From NCBI GenBank assembly GCA_964469215.1, contig CAYXYB010000003.1, positions 47,348 through 111,347 of the forward strand: a stretch of DNA of 64,000 bases. The letters run 5' to 3'. Origin of the DNA: an uncultured Lentimicrobiaceae bacterium. Its GTDB lineage: Bacteria; Bacteroidota; Bacteroidia; Bacteroidales; SKPS01. This document shows positions 53,693 to 63,998 of the stretch, in pieces (position 1 is the first letter of the stretch; the number at the start of each line of letters is the position of its first letter). The position numbers and the translations under genes were made by a program. The notes beneath the pieces are model-generated. The model saw only the letters and a list, made by a program, of their open reading frames with translations. It did no database searches and was not told where the DNA came from.

Positions 53693-55636
53693 ATGAGTTA
53701 CATTCAGTTCGATAAAACGAAGCTCATCAACCTGGAATATTCACTATCCCGGGAACTAATAAGGTCAAATCGTTCAGGGGCTTATGGGAGCACAACAATA
53801 ATCAGCTGCAACACCAGAAAATACCATGGATTGCTTGTTGTCCCTCAACCCGGGTTAGATGATGAACTTCATATTCTGTTGTCATCATTTGATGAGACAA
53901 TCATCCAGAATGATGCAGAGTTTAATCTGGGGCTGAGGAAATATCCTGGAGGCAACTGGCAGCCCAAAGGTCATAAATATATCAGGGATTTTGAGTCAGA
54001 TCCAATTCCGACAGTAATTTACAGAGTAGGAGGGGTAGTTCTTAAAAGAGAATCTCTTCTGGCCACTAATGCAGACCAGATATTACTAAGATACACCCTT
54101 CTGGATGCTCATTCACCAACCAGCCTCCGTTTTTCACCTTTTCTTCTTTTCAGGAGCAGACATGAACTCAGTAAAGCAAACATTTTCGCTGATTCCAACT
54201 ATATCCCTGAAAAAAATGGCATTAGTATGCGTCTCTATTCAGGATATTCAAGCCTCGTAATGCAATTCTCAAAAGAACCTTTATATGTTCACTTTCCGAA
54301 CTGGTATTACAATATAGAGTATATAAAGGAGCAGGAGAGGGGTTATGATTATAGTGAAGACCAGTTTGTGCCAGGTTATTTTGAGCTCCCAATAGCTAAG
54401 GGGGAAACCATAGTTTTCTCTGCTTCAACAAAAGCGACCCCTCCCGATAAGCTTAAAGCTTTTTTTAATCGTGAAATCAGTCAAAGAATTCCACGTAATA
54501 GTTTTCTTAATTGCCTTAAAAATTCTGCACAACAATTTCTTGTTCAAAAATGTAATTCAACAGAGGTCATTGCAGGTTTTCCTTGGTACGGCAGATCGGG
54601 CCGGGATACATTCATTTCTTTACCGGGCCTTACTCTTGAAACCGGAAATATGCGTCTGTTTAGATCAGTCGTCAGCACTATGATTTTGGAAATGAAGGGC
54701 CCGCTATTCCCCAACCGGGGTTATAGAAAAATGGTAACATACGACTCTGTGGATACCTCTCTGTGGTTTTTCTGGGCAATCCAGCAATATACCAAGCATA
54801 CTTCCGATTGGTCCGGAGCATGGAAGTTATGGGGAAAGGCGATGGAGCAGGTTCTGGAGGGTTATCTGTCAGGTACATCATTCAACATCAGGGTGAACGA
54901 TTTGGGATTGATTGAAGCAGGTGATAAGGCAACTGCCCTGACCTGGATGGATTCAATGGTTGACAGTAACCCAGTGACTCCCCGGTATGGAATGGCAGTG
55001 GAAGTGAACGCTTTATGGTATAATGCTCTTTGTTATTTCTCATTCCTGGCAGGAAAGAACAATAATGATATACTGTCTGATCGCTATCTTGAACTTTCAT
55101 ACCTCACTAAGCCAAAATTTATTGAATTATTCTGGGATTCAAGAAGGCGTTGTCTTTACGACAATGTTGATGGGAATAATAAAGACGACACAGTACGTCC
55201 GAATCAGATAATAGCCGCATCTCTTCCTTATTCAATGCTTTCTGATGAACAAATAAGAATGGTCATCGATAATGTCAGATCAGTTCTGCTCACACCAAGA
55301 GGTCTTCGTACCTTATCGCCACATCATCCCGATTATAAAGGTGATTTTTCAGGCGACTATGCACAACGGGATGCTTCAATGCATCAGGGTGCTGCTTACC
55401 CATGGCTTTCAGCACATTTTGCCGAAGCATGGTTACGCATTTATGGTGCTGAGGGCCTTAGTTATGTCGAAGATATTTTTTATAGTTTTGAAGAGACTAT
55501 GAAGGAAGATGGCCTTGGGACAATTTCGGAAATTTACGAAGGAAATCCACCGCACAGAGCAGGTGGAGCAATCTCACAAGCCAGAAATGTTGCTGAACTG
55601 CTTAGAATTTACGGTCTGATAAGCAGGTATAAGTAA
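53693..55636 (+). CDS. Glycogen debranching enzyme (amylo-alpha-1,6-glucosidase, GDE_N + GDE_C)
   Basis: TRKYHGLL, IAGFPWYG..GRDTFI.LPGL, LTWMD, AVEVNALWYNAL, RPNQI, TPRGLRTLSP, HQG and ISEIYEG. Confidence 0.92.
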   Translation: MSYIQFDKTKLINLEYSLSRELIRSNRSGAYGSTTIISCNTRKYHGLLVVPQPGLDDELHILLSSFDETIIQNDAEFNLGLRKYPGGNWQPKGHKYIRDFESDPIPTVIYRVGGVVLKRESLLATNADQILLRYTLLDAHSPTSLRFSPFLLFRSRHELSKANIFADSNYIPEKNGISMRLYSGYSSLVMQFSKEPLYVHFPNWYYNIEYIKEQERGYDYSEDQFVPGYFELPIAKGETIVFSASTKATPPDKLKAFFNREISQRIPRNSFLNCLKNSAQQFLVQKCNSTEVIAGFPWYGRSGRDTFISLPGLTLETGNMRLFRSVVSTMILEMKGPLFPNRGYRKMVTYDSVDTSLWFFWAIQQYTKHTSDWSGAWKLWGKAMEQVLEGYLSGTSFNIRVNDLGLIEAGDKATALTWMDSMVDSNPVTPRYGMAVEVNALWYNALCYFSFLAGKNNNDILSDRYLELSYLTKPKFIELFWDSRRRCLYDNVDGNNKDDTVRPNQIIAASLPYSMLSDEQIRMVIDNVRSVLLTPRGLRTLSPHHPDYKGDFSGDYAQRDASMHQGAAYPWLSAHFAEAWLRIYGAEGLSYVEDIFYSFEETMKEDGLGTISEIYEGNPPHRAGGAISQARNVAELLRIYGLISRYK

Positions 55637-55695
55637 ATTGGCAAAATATATAAAATGAATAATGATATAAAATTGAATACCAATACATTACAGCT

Positions 55696-56976
55696 ATGCG
55701 TGTATTAATGTTCGGTTGGGAGTTTCCACCGCATATATCCGGGGGATTGGGTACAGCCTGTTATGGCCTGGTTAAGGGATTGTTACATCATGGTGTGAAG
55801 GTACTATTTGTTGTACCTAAAGCTTTTGGCGATGAAGATAAGGATGTTGCAGGAATTATTGGAGCTTCCGATGTGGTAATTGATGTCAGGGATAAAAAGT
55901 ATAATGAGTTCTGGAGTCAGTTCTCTTATCTTGAAGTGAATTCAAAACTAATCCCTTATGTATCTCTTGAGGAATATTATCAGTTACTCGAAAAAAGCAG
56001 CCTTACTGGTAATGAATCGCTGGAATCTGTGTATACGAGAAAGTTTCACTTCACTGGATCGTACGGCCCCAGTTTGCTTGAAGAAGTTGAAAAGTATGCA
56101 CTTGTTGCCTCCTATATAGCCGCATCCAATCAGCACGATGTTATTCATGCTCATGATTGGTTAACCTATAAAGCAGGAATTGCTGCAAGAAATGCTTCGG
56201 GTAAACCTCTTATTGTTCATATGCATGCAACTGAATTCGACCGATCAGGCGAGAATGTCAATCAACTTGTATATGATATTGAAAGACAAGGGATGGAAGC
56301 TGCAGATCTCGTGATTGCAGTTAGCGATTTTACCAGGAAAATTGTCATAAACAGATATGGCATACCTCCTGAAAAAGTAGTGGTTGTGCATAATGGCGTG
56401 TCGCCAGTGAACTATGATACTCCTGAACTTAACCAGAACCTAAGAGAAAAGGTGGTAACTTTTCTCGGCAGGATAACTTTTCAAAAAGGCCCCGATTACT
56501 TTGTGGAAGCTGCCAGAAGAATTCTGGATAAAGATCCTAACGTACGTTTTGTTATGGCTGGTTCAGGTGATATGCTCCATAAAATGATACGGCGTGTTGC
56601 TGCCTTGAAAATGGGATCGAAATTTCATTTCACCGGCTTTCTGAAAGGAGTAGAGGTGAACAAGATGTTTGCTTTGAGTGATGTATATGTGATGCCATCT
56701 GTTTCAGAACCTTTTGGTATCTCTCCACTGGAAGCAATGCAATCAAATGTACCTGTGGTTATTTCAAGACAGTCAGGTGTTTCAGAAGTCTTACATCATG
56801 CCCTCAAAGTTGATTTCTGGGATATTGATGCTCTTGCCGATTCAATCTACGGTCTGTTGAATTATCCTGCTCTTTCAAACATGTTCATAAAATACGGGAA
56901 AACGGAAGTGGAAAATCTTAAATGGGACCATGCCGCCCATAAAGTTAAAAATGTCTACAATAAGGTAATTACATAA
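55696..56976 (+). CDS. GT4 glycosyltransferase (glycogen-associated)
   Basis: MFGWEFPPHISGGLGTAC, HAHDWLT, GRITFQKGPDYF and PSVSEPFGISPLEA. Confidence 0.9.
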   Translation: MRVLMFGWEFPPHISGGLGTACYGLVKGLLHHGVKVLFVVPKAFGDEDKDVAGIIGASDVVIDVRDKKYNEFWSQFSYLEVNSKLIPYVSLEEYYQLLEKSSLTGNESLESVYTRKFHFTGSYGPSLLEEVEKYALVASYIAASNQHDVIHAHDWLTYKAGIAARNASGKPLIVHMHATEFDRSGENVNQLVYDIERQGMEAADLVIAVSDFTRKIVINRYGIPPEKVVVVHNGVSPVNYDTPELNQNLREKVVTFLGRITFQKGPDYFVEAARRILDKDPNVRFVMAGSGDMLHKMIRRVAALKMGSKFHFTGFLKGVEVNKMFALSDVYVMPSVSEPFGISPLEAMQSNVPVVISRQSGVSEVLHHALKVDFWDIDALADSIYGLLNYPALSNMFIKYGKTEVENLKWDHAAHKVKNVYNKVIT

Positions 56977-57027
56977 TAGAAATTTACATTTGTAAACATA
57001 GCTAAAATAATAATAACAATCAGATAT

Positions 57028-58560
57028 ATGCGATCAATTTGCTTCTACTTTCAGGTACACCAGCCTTTCAGGCTGAAGAATTATCGGTTTTTTCAAATCG
57101 GAATTGACCATAATTATTACGATGATTATCATAATAAATTTATTATGAGAAGGGTAGCTGACAAATGCTACCTGCCTACAAACCAGATGATGTTTGAACT
57201 GATCAACAAATATGGTTCAGCTTTTAAGATATGCTATTCTATTTCGGGTACTGCTCTAGATCAGTTCGAAAGATATGCTCCTGAAGTGCTTGAAAGCTTT
57301 CGTAAACTTGAAGAGACTGGTTGTGTTGAATTCCTTTCAGAAACTTACTGCCACTCACTTGCTTCTCTTAAGAGCAAACAGGAGTTCTTCGAACAGGTTG
57401 AAATACACAGGAGAAGACTCAAACAACTTATAGGTGCTGAAACAAAAGCATTCAGAAATACCGAGCTCATTTATTCCGATGGCATTGGCGAAATGGTTGC
57501 AGAAATGGGATTTGAAACCATGTTAACTGAAGGAGCAAGACATATTCTGGGATGGAAGAGTCCGAATTATCTATATTGCAATACTGTAAATCCCAGACTA
57601 AAACTCCTTCTGAAGAATTTTCGGCTGAGCGATGATATTGCTTTCCGTTTTTCGCAGCAAAGTTGGAGCGAATGGCCACTTACCAGCGAAAAGTTTGTTG
57701 ATTGGTTGAACAATATTGAGCAACAACAGGAAGTCGTTAATCTTTTCATGGACTATGAAACCTTTGGGGAACATCAATGGCCCGAAACTGGTATCTTTGA
57801 TTTCATGAGAGCTTTGCCTGAAAGAATATTTTCACACTCCAATTTTTCATTCAATACCCCGACAGAAATTAGCAACACTCTGCAACCTGTTTCTGCTGTT
57901 CATGTTCCATATCCGATATCCTGGGCTGATGAAGAAAGAGACCTCACTGCCTGGCTTGGAAATGAGCTTCAGGATGATGCCTTCGATCGAATTTATGCAA
58001 TTGAAGAACGGGTCAGACAGGTCGGTTTTGATGAACTTCTTTGGGATTGGCGGTACCTTCAGACATCTGACCATTTCTATTACATGTGTACCAAATGGTT
58101 CTCAGATGGCGATGTTCATAAATACTTTAACCCTTACGGCACACCTTATGAAGCCTATATAAACTATATGAATATACTCTCTGACTTTATTGCCCGTATC
58201 GAAATAGCCTCAGGTGAAACAATACATCTGAAACATACTGATAAGCACCTTGTAAAGGTCGACTACAGAGATCATATATCAAAACAACCAACAAAAAGAT
58301 TTAAGAAAGTATATGATCTAAAGAATTTGAACAAGAATGAATTAAAGAAGCTACTTAAAGAAATTGACATGCTCGATCTGTGGTACGCTACACAAGGTCA
58401 GCGCAAAGAATTGATTACTGCCCTTAAAGCCGCCATGAGTTCAAAGGAAAAAGCTGACTTTGATAACCTTTCGGCTGTTTATGATAAACCAGGGAAAGAA
58501 AGCATGGAATACAGCAAAGAGTTTCTCCTTATTAAAGCCAATTCGATGTTTAATCGCTGA
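57028..58560 (+). CDS. GH57 alpha-amylase-type hydrolase with C-terminal FliG_C-like extension
   Basis: VHQP, RNTELIY (nucleophile E), FMDYETFGEHQ (acid/base D), SWADEERD and LQTSDHFYYM; extra domain of about 84 aa after the catalytic core. Confidence 0.9.
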   Translation: MRSICFYFQVHQPFRLKNYRFFQIGIDHNYYDDYHNKFIMRRVADKCYLPTNQMMFELINKYGSAFKICYSISGTALDQFERYAPEVLESFRKLEETGCVEFLSETYCHSLASLKSKQEFFEQVEIHRRRLKQLIGAETKAFRNTELIYSDGIGEMVAEMGFETMLTEGARHILGWKSPNYLYCNTVNPRLKLLLKNFRLSDDIAFRFSQQSWSEWPLTSEKFVDWLNNIEQQQEVVNLFMDYETFGEHQWPETGIFDFMRALPERIFSHSNFSFNTPTEISNTLQPVSAVHVPYPISWADEERDLTAWLGNELQDDAFDRIYAIEERVRQVGFDELLWDWRYLQTSDHFYYMCTKWFSDGDVHKYFNPYGTPYEAYINYMNILSDFIARIEIASGETIHLKHTDKHLVKVDYRDHISKQPTKRFKKVYDLKNLNKNELKKLLKEIDMLDLWYATQGQRKELITALKAAMSSKEKADFDNLSAVYDKPGKESMEYSKEFLLIKANSMFNR

Positions 58561-58719
58561 AACAAAAATATTTCCAGGTTATCCATGTAATCTAACCTGC
58601 CATCTTCATCTTGTTATAGAATATGGCATAGTGTTAAAGTGGTGATTTAATAAGCTAATCTCTTTGAGGTTTTTTAATACTTTTGTCATCCGTTTCAGAA
58701 TTAAAACTTTTTGTAGAAT

Positions 58720-61700
58720 ATGGATTTGATCAAGGAAAATAATCAAAACGAGTATTTACCTGAATATTTGTTTGAAGTTTCATGGGAGATATGTAACAAA
58801 GTCGGTGGCATATATACAGTTATTTCAACCAAATATTCCGCACTGCTATCTGCACTGGGGCGTTCACAAATTATAATGATAGGTCCGGATATATTAAAAG
58901 AGACTCCGGAACATCCCGACTTCGAGGAAGACATTCAATTGTTAAAAAACTGGCGGGAAACTGCAGCATTGGATGGAATTTATTTCAGGGTTGGATGGTG
59001 GAGGATTCCCGGCAGACCAATGGTAATTCTTGTGGATTTTACATCTTTTTTTCCCAAAAAGGATGAAATATTTGCACGATACTGGGAGGATTATGGCCTT
59101 GACTCTATTAATGGTCAATGGGACTATGTTGAACCTGCAATGTTTGGTTATGCTGCCGCAAGGGTGATAGAGAGTTTCTACCGAAGCAACCTTACTAACA
59201 GGGACCGTGTACTAGCTCATTTTCATGAATGGATGACCGGATCAGGTGTTCTGTTTCTTAAAAAACACACTCCCGGAATTGCAGTTGCCTTTACTACACA
59301 TGCAACAGTTTTGGGAAGATCATTGGCAGGTAATGGAAGGCCTCTTTACAGCTCTTTAACCTCTGCTGTCCCTGACGCTATTGCTGGTGAATTTCAGGTT
59401 AAGTCAAAATTCTCTCTGGAGAAACTTGCGGCAGATAATTGTGATTTGTTTACAACTGTAAGCAACATAACTTCTGTCGAATGCCAATACCTTCTGGGTA
59501 AAAATCCGGATGCTATTACACCAAATGGTTTCGATAGCAATTTATTTGTTCCTGAAAATGATTTACTGGAAACAAATAGAAATGTTGCACGGGAAAAGAT
59601 ACTGAAGGTTGCTGAGGCAATGTTCAATACAGAATTCAACAATAATACTCTTCTTGTTCTTACAAGCGGTAGATATGAGTTCAGAAACAAAGGACTTGAC
59701 ATTTTCATTGATGCACTTGGGGAGCTGTCAATTTCAGGATCAAAAAACCGGATGGTTCTTGCTGTAATAGCTGTACCTTCATATCACCATGGCCCAAGGC
59801 TTGATCTGATACAACGGGTATCAGGTGCAGATATTCAAGGTAACGGTATTCATACTGCTTTGACTCATATGCTTCATCAGCCTGAAAATGATCAAGTTCT
59901 GCGGAAAATAAATAATCAGGTGAATATAAATAAACCTGATGGAAATGTGTTCGTAATGTTTGTTCCAACATATCTCAATGGAAATGATGGAATATTCAAC
60001 CTCAGCTATTACGATTTCCTCTGTGGATTTAACCTGACCATATTTCCAAGCTATTATGAACCATGGGGATATACTCCTCTTGAAAGTGTTGCCTTTGGAA
60101 TCCCGGCTGTCACAACTAGTTTAGCTGGTTTTGGTGTTTGGGTAAAAGATACCGTGAAATATCGTGGTAAAGCAGTTCAGGTAATCGAACGTAATGATCT
60201 AAATGACAATGATGTAATTGATAATATTAAAACAATCTTTAATTTCTTCATTAATTCAGATGAAGTTGACTACAGCACTTTAAGAAAGGAAGCTATAGAA
60301 ATCGCTGAAAAAGCCCAATGGAAATATTTTATCAGACATTATATTGATGGATACAAATCTGCAATGCAGAAAGCAAATGACCGTGCATTATTTGACCCAT
60401 ATAATATTTCTGTTTCCAGAAAACCGGCTTTTAGAAGAGAGATACAACAACCACTTTGGAATAAGATTCTGGTAAAAGCTGCTTACCCGAAAAAGCTTGA
60501 GAAGCTTCACAAACTAACCGAAAACCTTTGGTGGACATGGAATTATGATGCCTCTGAACTCTTTGAATCGATAAATCCTCAAAAATGGCAGGCTTCAGGA
60601 AACAATCCTGCACGTATGATCTCTATGCTTGAGGTTAATGAACTGAAACAGCTTTCTGAAGATGATATATTTATTCAGAAGCTTGAACAAGTGTGGAATA
60701 ATTTCGAAAGATATGTTCAGGTACCTGTAAATGAAGATGATCCGTCTATCGCATATTTTAGCATGGAATATGGATTGCACGAGAGCCTGAAGATCTATTC
60801 GGGTGGTCTGGGGATACTTGCCGGAGATTATTTAAAGGAGGCAAGTGATTGCAATAAAAATATTACCGGCGTTGGACTGCTTTACAGATATGGATATTTT
60901 AATCAGCATCTTACACCGTTAGGAGATCAGATTGCGCGATATATTCCGCAAAAATTCAGCGATTTACCAATAATTCCCTTAAGGGATGAAAAAGGTGAAT
61001 GGATTATGGTATCAATTGCTTTGCCTGGGCGTAACCTTTTTGCTAAAGCCTGGCAGGTGCGAATCGGACGTGTAACACTGTATCTATTAGACACTGATTT
61101 TGAACTAAATGGTCCTCATGATCGTGTTGTTACTCATCATCTTTATGGTGGTGATCTGGAAAACCGTTTAAAGCAGGAAATTTTGCTAGGAATAGGGGGT
61201 ATCAGGTTATTAAAAAAGCTTGGTATTAATCCCGATGTTTACCATTGTAATGAGGGGCATGCCGCGTTCATAAGTTTTGAGCGGATCAGGGAAATAATGC
61301 AGCGTGATTTTCTGAGCTTTGATGAAGCAATGGAAGTTGTGAGGTCATCAACCCTCTTTACAACCCATACACCTGTGCCTGCAGGACATGACCGTTTCCC
61401 TGAAGATTTGCTTAGGGCATATATTTCTCATTACCCTGACAGGTTTCATATAAGCTGGAATGATTTGATGTCATTGGGATTTGAAAACCCATCACAAAAT
61501 GGCGGACAATTCTCAATGAGTGTTCTTGCGATTAAAATGTCACAGGAAGTAAACGGTGTCAGCAGAATTCATGGTGAAGTCAGCAGAAAGATGTTCAGTG
61601 ATCTTTTCCCCGGGTATTTTCCTGAGGAGATACATATAGGTTATGTTACAAACGGAGTTCACTATCCAACATGGGCGCATCACCTGTGGAAAAAAATCCA

Positions 61701-62985
61701 TGGCAGTTTCATTTCATCTCCTGACTTTTCTGATCAGCATATTCAGTCAGCCTGGGAGGGAATAAATCACATCGATGATTCAGTTCTTTGGGAAACTCGC
61801 AATGAACTTAGAACACAGCTTCTAAATTATCTTAGAAAAAGATTAGCCGTTGAAATGGCAAAACGCCAGGATCCTCCCGGTCATATTGTCAGTGTGCTTG
61901 AATCACTTGAAGACCCTATCCTTACAGTTGGCTTTGCAAGGAGGTTTGCCACTTATAAACGTGCTCATCTGCTGTTTTCAAATGAAGAGAGACTCCTTAA
62001 ACTGGTAACCAACAGAAAGCATCCCATAAGATTTATTTTCGCAGGAAAAGCACATCCCAACGATAAAGCAGGACAAGATCTGATTAAAAGGATTATTGAG
62101 ATCAGTCATCGTCCACAGTTTGAAGGTAAAATTATTTTTACTGCAAACTACGATATGGAACTTGGGAGATTATTAACCCAGGGTTGCGATATTTGGCTTA
62201 ATACACCTACAAGGCCGCTTGAAGCTTCTGGAACATCAGGTGAAAAAGCAGCAATGAACGGCGTACTTAACCTGAGTGTATTGGATGGCTGGTGGGCAGA
62301 GGGATATAAACCGGAAGCAGGGTGGGCTCTTGACCAGGAAAGAGTTTACCAGGAGTCGGAAATGCAGGACCTCCTTGATGCAGAAACAATATATAACCTC
62401 CTTGAAGAAAAGATTGCTCCTTTGTTTTATGAAAGAAACAGTGATGATATTCCTGAGGGATGGCTGGCTTATATTCGTAATAATTTTAGGCTGATTACTC
62501 CTAACTTTACAATGCGCAGAATGCTGTCTGACTATTACCGTTTGTTTTATCATAAGCTTAAAGAACGTAGTGCGCTTCTTAGTGCCGACAGATCGAAAAA
62601 CGCACGCTTTTTTGCAGCATGGAAAAGAAGAATTATGTTGCATTGGGAAAACATTACTCTCCTTGACAAACAACTACATTTGCCAACTGCAAAACCTCTT
62701 AATCTGGATGAACCTTTCAGGGCATCAATAATTCTGCATACCCCGGGTTTAGGGCCGGATGATTTAAAACTTGAAGTAATATTCGGAGAAAAAACAAATG
62801 ATATTGTCGAAAGAATTTTCTTCAAACAGAAACTTACGGTTGTGTCTGAAGGGAATGGAAAACTTAGGTTCGATTGCGATGTAGCCATACCAAGGGCAGG
62901 TGTTTTTGACTATTCATTCAGGTTAACCCCTGATCATCCACTTATGCCATATCCAATGGATTTTCCACTTATGAAATGGTTGTAA
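58720..62985 (+). CDS. glgP: Fusion of GT3 glycogen synthase-like domain and GT35 alpha-glucan phosphorylase
   Basis: GT3: EVSWEICNKVGGIYTV, HEWM, GRYEFRNKG and PSYYEPWGYTPLES. GT35: YFSMEYG, SGGLGILAGD, NEGH, ARRFATYKRA and EASGTSGEK (PLP Lys). Confidence 0.92.
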   Translation: MDLIKENNQNEYLPEYLFEVSWEICNKVGGIYTVISTKYSALLSALGRSQIIMIGPDILKETPEHPDFEEDIQLLKNWRETAALDGIYFRVGWWRIPGRPMVILVDFTSFFPKKDEIFARYWEDYGLDSINGQWDYVEPAMFGYAAARVIESFYRSNLTNRDRVLAHFHEWMTGSGVLFLKKHTPGIAVAFTTHATVLGRSLAGNGRPLYSSLTSAVPDAIAGEFQVKSKFSLEKLAADNCDLFTTVSNITSVECQYLLGKNPDAITPNGFDSNLFVPENDLLETNRNVAREKILKVAEAMFNTEFNNNTLLVLTSGRYEFRNKGLDIFIDALGELSISGSKNRMVLAVIAVPSYHHGPRLDLIQRVSGADIQGNGIHTALTHMLHQPENDQVLRKINNQVNINKPDGNVFVMFVPTYLNGNDGIFNLSYYDFLCGFNLTIFPSYYEPWGYTPLESVAFGIPAVTTSLAGFGVWVKDTVKYRGKAVQVIERNDLNDNDVIDNIKTIFNFFINSDEVDYSTLRKEAIEIAEKAQWKYFIRHYIDGYKSAMQKANDRALFDPYNISVSRKPAFRREIQQPLWNKILVKAAYPKKLEKLHKLTENLWWTWNYDASELFESINPQKWQASGNNPARMISMLEVNELKQLSEDDIFIQKLEQVWNNFERYVQVPVNEDDPSIAYFSMEYGLHESLKIYSGGLGILAGDYLKEASDCNKNITGVGLLYRYGYFNQHLTPLGDQIARYIPQKFSDLPIIPLRDEKGEWIMVSIALPGRNLFAKAWQVRIGRVTLYLLDTDFELNGPHDRVVTHHLYGGDLENRLKQEILLGIGGIRLLKKLGINPDVYHCNEGHAAFISFERIREIMQRDFLSFDEAMEVVRSSTLFTTHTPVPAGHDRFPEDLLRAYISHYPDRFHISWNDLMSLGFENPSQNGGQFSMSVLAIKMSQEVNGVSRIHGEVSRKMFSDLFPGYFPEEIHIGYVTNGVHYPTWAHHLWKKIHGSFISSPDFSDQHIQSAWEGINHIDDSVLWETRNELRTQLLNYLRKRLAVEMAKRQDPPGHIVSVLESLEDPILTVGFARRFATYKRAHLLFSNEERLLKLVTNRKHPIRFIFAGKAHPNDKAGQDLIKRIIEISHRPQFEGKIIFTANYDMELGRLLTQGCDIWLNTPTRPLEASGTSGEKAAMNGVLNLSVLDGWWAEGYKPEAGWALDQERVYQESEMQDLLDAETIYNLLEEKIAPLFYERNSDDIPEGWLAYIRNNFRLITPNFTMRRMLSDYYRLFYHKLKERSALLSADRSKNARFFAAWKRRIMLHWENITLLDKQLHLPTAKPLNLDEPFRASIILHTPGLGPDDLKLEVIFGEKTNDIVERIFFKQKLTVVSEGNGKLRFDCDVAIPRAGVFDYSFRLTPDHPLMPYPMDFPLMKWL

Positions 62986-63034
62986 ACATGTGTATTCCCT
63001 AATTCGATTAATATTAACCAAATCTTAAAATATC

Positions 63035-63781
63035 ATGAAATTATTGGAAGGCAAAACAGCATTAATTACGGGTGGAGCCAGGGGAATCGGCAAAGCTATA
63101 GCTTTAAAATTTGCAGCTAACGGTGCCGATGTGGCATTTTCAGATATAAAGCTCGATGAACAAACAGATGTATTAGTTAAAGAATTAAAGTCGTTTGGAG
63201 TTCAGGCTTTGGCATTAGAGTCTGATGCTTCAGATTTTGCAGCTTGTGATAAACTTGCAAATGATGTCGTTTCTGCGTTTGGTAAAATCGATATACTGAT
63301 TAACAATGCAGGTATTACCAGAGACAACCTGTTGATGAGAATGACTGAGAATGAATGGGACAGTGTTATTCGTATTAATCTCAAATCGGTATTCAATCTC
63401 ACAAAGGCAGTTCAGAAGTTCATGCTGAAACAACGCTCAGGTTCGATAATTAACATGACGTCAGTGGTTGGAATGAACGGTAATGCTGGTCAGTCGAATT
63501 ATGCTGCCTCAAAAGCTGGTATGATCGGTTTCACAAAGTCAATAGCTAAGGAGATCGGATCAAGAAATATCAGGTGCAATTCTGTTGCCCCTGGATTTAT
63601 CGAAACTGAAATGACAGCCAGATTGCCTGAAGACGTAAAGAAGAGCTGGACAGAAACAATTCCTTTGAGAAGAGCAGGTAAACCTGAAGATGTTGCCGAT
63701 GTCTGCCTCTTCCTGGCAAGTGATATTAGCAGTTATATTACCGGACAGATATTATCCGTTTGTGGTGGAATGAACATTTAA
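63035..63781 (+). CDS. fabG: 3-oxoacyl-ACP reductase
   Basis: TGGARGIG, NNAGITRD, GQSNYAASK and PGFIETEMT. Confidence 0.95.
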   Translation: MKLLEGKTALITGGARGIGKAIALKFAANGADVAFSDIKLDEQTDVLVKELKSFGVQALALESDASDFAACDKLANDVVSAFGKIDILINNAGITRDNLLMRMTENEWDSVIRINLKSVFNLTKAVQKFMLKQRSGSIINMTSVVGMNGNAGQSNYAASKAGMIGFTKSIAKEIGSRNIRCNSVAPGFIETEMTARLPEDVKKSWTETIPLRRAGKPEDVADVCLFLASDISSYITGQILSVCGGMNI

Positions 63782-63800
63782 TCACTGATTTTTGTCGTGG

Positions 63801-63998
63801 TTAAGGATTGATTCGCAAGGTCTTTTTTACGGCTCCGGCCAATACACCATATCCGTCTTTTACGTTTGAATAAACGATTGTAGGTTCCCCGAACGGATTG
63901 TCTTCATAAAACCCTGATACAACAAACGGGTAATGAAACTTATAATAGGCTTCATCTACACGCAACACATTTATTTCAAAATCAATAAGTTTAAAAAC
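63801..63998 (-). CDS. C-terminal end of a DUF4249-like protein (5' part outside the window)
   Basis: Manual translation ...VDEAYYKF...DNPFGEPTIVYSNVKDGYGVLAG...RINP*. The NPF.EP..VYSNV..G.G.. motif is typical of DUF4249. Confidence 0.7.
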   Translation of the reverse strand, partial: VFKLIDFEINVLRVDEAYYKFHYPFVVSGFYEDNPFGEPTIVYSNVKDGYGVLAGAVKKTLRINP

